Assembly (NCBI GenBank): GCA_965216565.1
Contig: OZ244170.1
Location: 1,664,001-1,728,000 of the forward strand
DNA length: 64,000 bases
Direction of reading: 5' to 3'
From: Bythopirellula sp.
GTDB lineage: Bacteria; Planctomycetota; Planctomycetia; Pirellulales; Lacipirellulaceae
Made by a program: the position numbers and the translations under genes. Shown here one piece after another: positions 56,674 through 64,000 of the stretch. The notes under the pieces were generated by a model. That model did no database searches. It was not told the origin of the DNA and worked only from the letters and a program-made list of their open reading frames with translations. Position 1 is the stretch's first letter; the number at the start of each line of letters is the position of its first letter.

Positions 56674-58881
56674 ATGTCTGCGGTTTCAGAAGACCAAGCC
56701 ACGCAAGGCATTCGAGTCTCGATCGACAACGTTCGCGAAGCGATTCGCAGCCACTGGGGTTACGACTCTTTCCGTCCGCTGCAGCGGGAATCGATCGAGA
56801 GCATTCTAGCAGGTCGCGATTCCGTGGTGGTGCTGCCCACTGGCGGAGGGAAAAGTTTGTGTTTTCAAGCGCCCGCTTGTTGCCTGGATGGTGTGGCGGT
56901 GGTCGTTTCTCCATTGATTGCGTTGATGAAGGACCAAGTGGACGCACTTCGCGAGAATGGTATTTCGGCCGCGGCATTCAATAGCACGCTTTCCTGGAAC
57001 GAAAAAAAGGAAGTGGCCGACGAAATCCGGGCCGGGCGGCTAAAGTTGCTTTACCTCGCACCAGAAACACTGCTTACCGACGAGGTTTTGTCTCTGCTGC
57101 AGTGCGTGCAAGTCTCGATGTTCGCGATTGACGAAGCCCACTGCATTAGTTCGTGGGGCCATGATTTCCGTCCTGAGTATCGAGCGCTGAAAGTGCTCAA
57201 GCAGCGTTTCCCAAACGCCTCTCGCCACGCCTACACGGCCACCGCTACGGAGCGCGTGCGCGAAGACATTGCTCTACAATTGGAGCTCGACCAACCCGAG
57301 TTCCATGTTGGAAACTTCGACCGACCCAATTTGATTTATCGAGTTGAGCGTCGGCAATCTGGAATGAATCAAACGCTCGCTGCCATTCGGCGTCACCCGA
57401 ACGAATCGGGCATTGTCTATTGCATTACTCGTAAAGAGGTCGAAAAAACAGCCGGAGCACTTCAGGCTCTGGGGTGCCGTGCTGCACCGTACCACGCCGG
57501 CATGGACAACGCAGCACGTCGCAAGAATCAAGAAGCGTTTCTAGCTGAACAAGTTGATATCATTGTTGCCACCGTGGCGTTTGGTATGGGGATCGATAAG
57601 TCGAATGTTCGATACGTCATCCACACAGGCATGCCAAAATCGGTAGAGGCCTACCAGCAAGAGTCGGGGCGTGCGGGACGCGATGGGCTCGAGGCAGAAT
57701 GCTGCTTATTCTACTCGCCTGCCGATGTGATGAAGTGGAAACGGCTCATCCAAAACTCCGAAACTGGCTACGAGGAGGCGATGGCCGCACTGGATGGGAT
57801 CGACCGTTTCTGCACTTCACTTCGCTGCCGACATTCATTGTTACTCGAACATTTTGGCCAGCAGCTTGGCCACTCCGATTGCCAAGCTTGTGACGTCTGC
57901 CTGGAGGAGTTGGAAGAAGTCGCAGAGCCGCTAATCTTGGCCCAGAAAATTCTCTCTTGTGTCGCCCGACTCGAACAACAGTACGGGGCAGACTACACAT
58001 CCCTCGTGTTGGTTGGATCGAAAGAGAAACGGATTTTGGAAAAGGCTCACGATCAGCTCAGCACTTACGGCTTGCTCTCCGAGCACTCGCATCGCGCGGT
58101 CCGAGACTGGACCGAGCAGCTTGTCAGCCAGGATTATCTTGCCAAGTACGGCGAATACAACCAGCTGCAGATTACCGAATCGGGACGAGAGGTATTGCGA
58201 GGTGAACAATCCCCGCGACTCCTCAAGCCGGCTGTGGAGTCGAGCAAGTCGTCACGCAAGACCAAGCAAGTCTCTTGGGAAGGCGTCGACCAGGAACTCT
58301 TCGAAACACTGCGGGAGTTGCGAAAACAGCTGGCGACAGAAAAAGGGGTCCCTGCCTATGTGGTGTTCGGCGACACGACACTTCGCGATTTGGCCCGGTA
58401 CAGACCGTCCACCGAATCCGGCTTTCTCCAAACACACGGCGTGGGACAGAAAAAATGGTCCGAGTACGGCCCGCAGTTTCTTCAGGCGATTGCCGAGTAT
58501 TGCGAGCGTGCGGGCCTTGATGTCGATGTTCAGCCCGTTGAATCCGACCGCTCACAAAGTGTCGACCCTCCCGACTCGCCAACCCTCAACGCTTCGTCTG
58601 TTGCCGCTTTTCCGTTGTTTCAACAATCGCTCTCCATTGCTGACGTTGCCGAACAATTAGGTCGCGCCGAGTCGACGATTCGAGGCTACCTGCAGCAATA
58701 TCTCAGCCACGAAGGGATCACCGACCCTTCGCCCTGGGTCGACAGGAAGACAGCCACGCGAGTCCGCGAGGCCATTGAGACCGTGGGCAATCAACGGCTC
58801 AAGCCGATCTTTGAACACCTTGATGGCGAGGTGGCTTACGAGGAAATTCGAATCGTAGCGACCTGCTTGGCCAACCTTTAG
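56674..58881 (+). CDS. recQ: DNA helicase RecQ with HRDC and C-terminal HTH
   Basis: LPTGGGKSLC, AIDEAHCISSWGHDFRPEY, ATVAFGMGIDK, QESGRAGRDG, the RQC Zn cysteines and HRDC VPAYVVFGD. Confidence 0.96.
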   Translation: MSAVSEDQATQGIRVSIDNVREAIRSHWGYDSFRPLQRESIESILAGRDSVVVLPTGGGKSLCFQAPACCLDGVAVVVSPLIALMKDQVDALRENGISAAAFNSTLSWNEKKEVADEIRAGRLKLLYLAPETLLTDEVLSLLQCVQVSMFAIDEAHCISSWGHDFRPEYRALKVLKQRFPNASRHAYTATATERVREDIALQLELDQPEFHVGNFDRPNLIYRVERRQSGMNQTLAAIRRHPNESGIVYCITRKEVEKTAGALQALGCRAAPYHAGMDNAARRKNQEAFLAEQVDIIVATVAFGMGIDKSNVRYVIHTGMPKSVEAYQQESGRAGRDGLEAECCLFYSPADVMKWKRLIQNSETGYEEAMAALDGIDRFCTSLRCRHSLLLEHFGQQLGHSDCQACDVCLEELEEVAEPLILAQKILSCVARLEQQYGADYTSLVLVGSKEKRILEKAHDQLSTYGLLSEHSHRAVRDWTEQLVSQDYLAKYGEYNQLQITESGREVLRGEQSPRLLKPAVESSKSSRKTKQVSWEGVDQELFETLRELRKQLATEKGVPAYVVFGDTTLRDLARYRPSTESGFLQTHGVGQKKWSEYGPQFLQAIAEYCERAGLDVDVQPVESDRSQSVDPPDSPTLNASSVAAFPLFQQSLSIADVAEQLGRAESTIRGYLQQYLSHEGITDPSPWVDRKTATRVREAIETVGNQRLKPIFEHLDGEVAYEEIRIVATCLANL

Positions 58882-58909
58882 CAGGTTGACCAAGCATTCT
58901 AACCGAGCG

Positions 58910-59671
58910 CTAGGCCAACTTCTTACGCCGAAGTGCAACAGCCGTCAAAGATAAAACGGCAAGGGCAAATGTGTTGGGCTCTGGGACGATCTGCACGTCC
59001 ATCGCCACGGTTTCAACGCCAAATCCTGCACGGCTCACCTGAATGGCGAAGTTGTACTCACCGGTATCATCGGGATCGAAGGATCCAGCAGGTGGGCTGA
59101 TCAGACCAGGGATTGGAGTGGCAAGAAAGCCAAACATCAGGTTCTCGGAACCTTCCACTAACGTGGCATTGGGATCAGCTGATAGCAGGATACCATTTGT
59201 GACATTGATGGATCCTAGCGAACCGAGCGGGGTGTCGAAGCCGGTATCGAAGTCATAATAGAGATCGATTTGGTAATCGGTGAGCTTTGGAGCCGCTCCG
59301 TTGGAGCCTTCCACTTTCATGTAGTAATTGAAATTCCACAGTGCACCTTCAGTGGTACTTTCACCTGCTCCACCAAAATTGCTGCCGGTGGTAGCGAAGT
59401 AAGTTCCCGCACCGTTGTTCGTTACCACTGGATTCGAAAAACGCTGGGTGGCACTCATGGCAACGGTGATTTCGTTATCGCCGTCGACAAACTGCGAAGA
59501 TATTGCGACTTCTGTGGTAGGGATGCCGGTCCCTCCAAAGGTGGCGCCGTCTAGCGGGCCGAATGTGTCATAAATCGGAGTGGCATGCGAAGAGGTAATT
59601 GCCAGAAGAGAAAATGATATGGCAAAGAGAGCGTAGATCGCGAAACGAGCAACTTTTCTGCACTGAGTCAT
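58910..59671 (-). CDS. PEP-CTERM sorting-domain protein
   Basis: Signal peptide; C-terminal IVPEPNTFALAVLSLTAVALRRKKLA (PEP, TM, basic tail). Confidence 0.93.
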   Translation of the reverse strand: MTQCRKVARFAIYALFAISFSLLAITSSHATPIYDTFGPLDGATFGGTGIPTTEVAISSQFVDGDNEITVAMSATQRFSNPVVTNNGAGTYFATTGSNFGGAGESTTEGALWNFNYYMKVEGSNGAAPKLTDYQIDLYYDFDTGFDTPLGSLGSINVTNGILLSADPNATLVEGSENLMFGFLATPIPGLISPPAGSFDPDDTGEYNFAIQVSRAGFGVETVAMDVQIVPEPNTFALAVLSLTAVALRRKKLA

Positions 59672-59953
59672 TAGCCTGTCCTTCTTGTTCTCTAACTAAG
59701 TCAAAATGATAAATTAGTTCAAAAGGAAAGGATCACTCTGACTCTTTCCCCCAACCTTAGTAATCTTCGCTGCATGTTAGTCGCTCCTAGGCGCATACGT
59801 CCAGCAAGTCGTCAGCAGAGGGTGACTCCAGCTGGTAATTGCGCAGGCTAATATCGCATTTGCACAGATTCGACCATTCGACCGGCGCACGAGAAGATCT
59901 ACTTGCGTGAAACCACCATTAGCGAACTCCACTGCTGATAGCTAGAAGGCGGC

Positions 59954-62900
59954 CTAAACAGATCCATTCTTGCCAGCTGAGGTCTGCTTAGCCGGAGCCG
60001 GGGCAAACCACTCGCTGATCGAGCGGAACACGACGAAGAACGTCGGCACAAACATCAGTGAGAATAGCGTGGCAGCGCACATGCCGCCCACTACGGAATT
60101 ACCCACCGCCTGACGGCTAGCCGAGCCAGCGCCGCTGGCCACCAACAGTGGCAAGAAACCTAGGATCGACGAGAACGCAGTCATCAAGATGGCACGGAAT
60201 CGCATTTTGGCGGCTTGCTGGGCCGACTCGCGAATTCCCAATCCTGAACGGCGCTGCTCGGAGGCAAATTCGACAATCAGAATCGCATTCTTACTGGCCA
60301 AGGCCACGAGTAACACAATCCCAATTTGCGTATACACATTGTTATCCGCGCCGCGAACGAGCAGAGCGATCACGACGCCCAGCACCGCCAGTGGAACCAC
60401 AGAAATCACCGCGGCCGGGCTCGTCCAGCTCTCGTATTGAGCGGCCAACACTAAAAACACAAAGACGACCGCCAAACCGAAAATGAGTGCCTGGCCCCCC
60501 GTGGCTTCCTTCTCTTGATACGACATGCCCGTCCATTTGTAACCAACCGAGGGCGGCAATTTCTGCGCAGCCATGCCTTCCATCATCGCCATGGCTTGAC
60601 CCGAACTATAACCGGGAGCCGGCTGGCCATTGATTTGTGCCGACGGATAGAGCAGGTACCGCTGAATTACCTGCGGGCCGAAATCTTCTTCTATATCGAC
60701 AAAGGTACCAATCGGCACCATCTCGCCCCGCTTGTTTCTAACTCGCAGACGATCGATATCGCTGGGCTCTTTGCGGAATTCGTTATCGGCTTGAATTCGC
60801 ACTTGGTACACCCGGCCCAACTTGTTGAAGTCGTTCACATAAGTAGAACCAAGAAACGATTGCAGGGTATTGAATACTGAACTGAGAGGAACATCCAGTG
60901 TTTTGACCTTCGTACGATTCACATCGACAAACAGCTGGGGCACGTTGGCACGAATCGTCGTATTCAGGCCGACCAGACCCGTCTGTGCGTTGCCGTCGGC
61001 GACCATTTCGTTGGCGATCGTCTGCAACTCAGACAGGCCGATACCACCCTGATCTTGGAGTTGCATTTGAAAACCGCCCGCAGAACCTAGCCCATCGATG
61101 GGTGGCGGGACAAACGCAAACACATATCCATCCTGCACTTTGCTGAATTCCCGACGCAAGTGGGCAACGATAGCATCCTGGGAAAGTTCGGGATCGGTCC
61201 TGTCTTCCCAGGGCTCATAGATGATTGCCATCAGCCCCAGGTTGCCCCCGTTGTTACCGCTTAGCAGGGAGAAACCAACGATAGAGACCCAGTCGGCAAC
61301 GCCAGGAGTATCTTTCACGATTTTGTCGAGCTGTTCCATCACTTCGACAGTCCGACTTTGGGATGCGGCATCGGGAAGTTGGATATTGGCAAAGCAATAG
61401 CCCTGATCTTCCGAGGGAAGAAACCCGGTGGGAATTTGCATATAACCCAAAGCGGTCAGGCCAATGAGACCGGCGAACAGAAGCAACACCAATGCCACAC
61501 GCCGCACAAACCCGCCGATGACGAAACTGTAGACACCAGTGACTTTGTCGAAAACCCGGTTGAACGCGCGAAAGAAGATGTTCTTTTTGCCTTCTAGTTT
61601 CCGCATGAATATGGCACAGAGCGCTGGACTCAGGGTCAGCGCGTTGATAGTGCTGAGCAGCACGGCGGCAGAAATTGTCAGCGCAAATTGGCGGTAGAGT
61701 TGCCCTGTGATGCCACCCATGAACGCGGTGGGTACAAAGACCGCCAACAGCACAAGCGTGGTGGCAATCACCGGACCTGTGATTTCTTCCATGGCCTTTT
61801 CAGCGGCCTCACGGGGAGCAAAACCTTCGCCCAGATAGCGGTCTGTATTTTCGACCACGACGATTGCATCGTCGACAACGATTCCGATTGCCAGCACTAC
61901 ACCGAATAGCGTTAGGGTGTTGATCGAAAATCCTAACAATCCCATAACCGCAAATGTACCGATGAGGGCTACCGGAATAGCGGCACAGGGAACAATCGTG
62001 GCTCGCCAGTCTTGCAAGAAGATGTAGATCACCACAACCACCAAGATGACTGCAATCAACAACGTCTCAAACACTTCGCTGATCGACGCGTCGACAAACT
62101 TAGTCGTATCAAAGGGGATATCGTATTTCAGCCCTTCGGGAAAACCTTGCTCCAGATCCGAGAGCGTCTGCCCAATCTTATCGGCAACTTCCAAGGCATT
62201 GGCACCCGGCAGCTGATAGATTCCAAGCGTGGCGCAGGGTTGCCCCTTGAAGGTCGAGCGGAATTTGTAATCCTTCGCACCCAGCTCAACGCGGGCCACA
62301 TCCTTCACGCGCGTGATCCGCTGACCGGAGGTCTTGATGATCAGGTTCTCAAACTGCTCGACATCACTAAGCCGGCCCAAGGTATTGATGACTAGCTCGA
62401 AATCGGCCTTTGCCGGTGGCTCTCCTAGTCGACCCGCCGCCACCTGCACATTTTGCTCGCTGATCGCAGCGACAACATCCTCGGTCGTTAAGTTCCGAGC
62501 CTTAAGCAGGTTGGGATTCAGCCACACACGCATGCTGTAGTCGGCGGCTCCAAACACTGTCACTGAACCGACGCCTCGAATTCGACTCAGTTCGTCTTTA
62601 ATCGACCGTGTTGCAAAGTTGCCCAAGAAAAGCGAATCGTGGCTGGGATTGCTAGAGGTGAACGCAATAAATTGAATGATGCTAGTCGATTGTTTCTTAG
62701 TCGTCACACCCTGTCGACGCACCTCTTCAGGAAGCTTCGCCTCGGCGATCGCGACCCGATTTTGAACGAGCACGGTTGCCATATCCATGTCGACGCCAAT
62801 TTCGAACGTCACGGTCAAGACGTAACTTCCGTCGTCGGAACTCACCGAGGACATGTAGATCATGTCCTCGACCCCGTTCACTTCCTGCTCGATAGGTGCG

Positions 62901-63088
62901 GCAACGGTATCGGCTACCACTTCGGCGTTGGCCCCAGGGTAGAAACAGGAGACTTGAACCGTGGGCGGGGTGATCTCTGGGAATTTTGCCACCGGCAGTG
63001 CCGACTGGGACACAAGCCCCGCGATGACGATGACGATCGAAATCACGCTGGCAAAGATCGGGCGATGGATGAAAAACCGAGACAGCAC
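59954..63088 (-). CDS. RND multidrug efflux permease (AcrB/MexF type)
   Basis: FFIHRPIFA, GIVVDDAIVVVEN, KNAILIVEFA and RFRAILMT motifs. Confidence 0.97.
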   Translation of the reverse strand: MLSRFFIHRPIFASVISIVIVIAGLVSQSALPVAKFPEITPPTVQVSCFYPGANAEVVADTVAAPIEQEVNGVEDMIYMSSVSSDDGSYVLTVTFEIGVDMDMATVLVQNRVAIAEAKLPEEVRRQGVTTKKQSTSIIQFIAFTSSNPSHDSLFLGNFATRSIKDELSRIRGVGSVTVFGAADYSMRVWLNPNLLKARNLTTEDVVAAISEQNVQVAAGRLGEPPAKADFELVINTLGRLSDVEQFENLIIKTSGQRITRVKDVARVELGAKDYKFRSTFKGQPCATLGIYQLPGANALEVADKIGQTLSDLEQGFPEGLKYDIPFDTTKFVDASISEVFETLLIAVILVVVVIYIFLQDWRATIVPCAAIPVALIGTFAVMGLLGFSINTLTLFGVVLAIGIVVDDAIVVVENTDRYLGEGFAPREAAEKAMEEITGPVIATTLVLLAVFVPTAFMGGITGQLYRQFALTISAAVLLSTINALTLSPALCAIFMRKLEGKKNIFFRAFNRVFDKVTGVYSFVIGGFVRRVALVLLLFAGLIGLTALGYMQIPTGFLPSEDQGYCFANIQLPDAASQSRTVEVMEQLDKIVKDTPGVADWVSIVGFSLLSGNNGGNLGLMAIIYEPWEDRTDPELSQDAIVAHLRREFSKVQDGYVFAFVPPPIDGLGSAGGFQMQLQDQGGIGLSELQTIANEMVADGNAQTGLVGLNTTIRANVPQLFVDVNRTKVKTLDVPLSSVFNTLQSFLGSTYVNDFNKLGRVYQVRIQADNEFRKEPSDIDRLRVRNKRGEMVPIGTFVDIEEDFGPQVIQRYLLYPSAQINGQPAPGYSSGQAMAMMEGMAAQKLPPSVGYKWTGMSYQEKEATGGQALIFGLAVVFVFLVLAAQYESWTSPAAVISVVPLAVLGVVIALLVRGADNNVYTQIGIVLLVALASKNAILIVEFASEQRRSGLGIRESAQQAAKMRFRAILMTAFSSILGFLPLLVASGAGSASRQAVGNSVVGGMCAATLFSLMFVPTFFVVFRSISEWFAPAPAKQTSAGKNGSV

Positions 63089-63091
63089 TAT

Positions 63092-64000
63092 TTATCGCTC
63101 CGAGGATTCTTGAGTTGCAGCGGGCTCGGTTGGCTTGTTTTCAGGAGCCATCTCTGTGGATTCCTTCACACGCCTCGACTGACTCGCCTGTTGGGGAGTC
63201 ACTTTTGCACCTGGGCGGGCACGCTGCACTCCGTTGACGATCACGCGATCATTAACGGTGATGTCGCCCTTCACAGCTTGCAATCCTTCGTATTTGCCAG
63301 CCAACTCTACATTGCGTCTGGTCACTGTATTCGAGCTGTCGACGATTAATAGATAAGCGCCCGACTGATCCCGACCTACGGCTCGCGGATCGATCAGCGT
63401 GGCCTCGATTTCTTCACCCGGCACATTAATCCGAGCGAACGCCCCCGGTGGAATCAGCTTTTTCTTATTCGGCACAATACCTCGAATAAGGTAGGTGCCT
63501 GTGCTCTCGTCAACAGCCAGATCGCTGTACTCCGCGATACCTTCGTGGGGATAACCGTCGTCGGTTCCTAAACCGATTAATATTGGTTTTTGCAGCTTCA
63601 CCTCATCCCGTGTCTGATCTTCTAATTCCTTGGCTTGCTCTTGGATAAAATTGAGCAAGGCGTTTTCATTCACGTTGAAATAGACATAGATCGGATCGTA
63701 TTTGACAATCCGAGTGAGCACGGTGGATTCACCGGCGCCTACCAGGTTCCCTAAGTCGACAAGCTTGCGACCGGCACGCCCATCAATGGGCGAGCGAACG
63801 GTGCAATAGCCCAAATCAAGTTCTGCTTGAGCCACTAGTGCTTGAGCGGCGGCAATCTCGGCTTCCGCAGAGGTGATCGCCGCTTTCGCAGAGTCCGCTG
63901 TGGCCCGTGCGGTGAGTACAGCGGTACGTTTCGATTCGACTTCTTCCGGAGTCACTGCTCCCGGCGAAACTTTGATGGCCCTCTCCACACGTGTCAATTG
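63092..64000 (-). CDS. RND efflux periplasmic adaptor (MFP), 5' end outside the window
   Basis: LGYCTVRSPIDG, GNLVGAG, DPIYVYF, VDESTGT and GVQRARPG; frame is open to the window edge. Confidence 0.94.
   Translation of the reverse strand, partial: QLTRVERAIKVSPGAVTPEEVESKRTAVLTARATADSAKAAITSAEAEIAAAQALVAQAELDLGYCTVRSPIDGRAGRKLVDLGNLVGAGESTVLTRIVKYDPIYVYFNVNENALLNFIQEQAKELEDQTRDEVKLQKPILIGLGTDDGYPHEGIAEYSDLAVDESTGTYLIRGIVPNKKKLIPPGAFARINVPGEEIEATLIDPRAVGRDQSGAYLLIVDSSNTVTRRNVELAGKYEGLQAVKGDITVNDRVIVNGVQRARPGAKVTPQQASQSRRVKESTEMAPENKPTEPAATQESSER

Noticed and set aside
57959..58660. 233-aa alternate-frame ORF inside recQ
   Set aside because: Out-of-frame overlap with a conserved gene; Ser/Arg/Pro-rich composition typical of spurious frames.
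59672..59953. Riboswitch upstream of the PEP-CTERM gene
   Set aside because: No c-di-GMP or other riboswitch consensus was recognisable.
62639..63349. 236-aa plus-strand ORF
   Set aside because: Antisense shadow of the RND permease and adaptor genes.
1..64000. CRISPR array or rRNA
   Set aside because: No regularly spaced repeat-spacer series or rRNA-like sequence. The repeats are palindromic or two-copy tandems.

Overview
This 64-kb window is chromosomal DNA from a planctomycete. The DUF1559 prepilin-like gene, PEP-CTERM gene, truncated SecA paralog, planctomycete-type Ser/Thr kinase and futalosine genes suggest a Pirellulales/Lacipirellulaceae-like organism (inference). It opens with a decayed tyrosine integrase converging on tRNA-Phe(GAA). 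An ~11.7-kb co-directional cell-envelope cluster follows: QW-repeat/HEAT protein, TonB-like membrane protein, one ExbB/TolQ plus two ExbD/TolR, a TPR/PQQ beta-propeller protein, an orphan TPR-fused family-5 solute-binding protein and a secreted hypothetical, facing a Ser/Thr kinase. Housekeeping genes include an RluA-family gene, maf, tkt, aroA, mqnA, mqnC, queG, a Dus-family gene and recQ. There are also ABC and RND transporters, an M13 peptidase, an exported ClpP-like protein and an FdhF/YdeP oxidoreductase. The three most notable signals are: (1) a perfect MntR-type palindrome overlapping the promoter of a DUF1559 plus lipoprotein pair divergent from mntR; (2) the ExbB-2xExbD envelope cluster with no TonB-dependent receptor or Tol-Pal partners; (3) an ~187-nt rod-shaped, 6S-like RNA candidate at 39981-40167. 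Several intergenic REP-like nests carry short tandem duplications. No CRISPR array or rRNA was seen. All calls come from reading motifs by eye; no searches were run.
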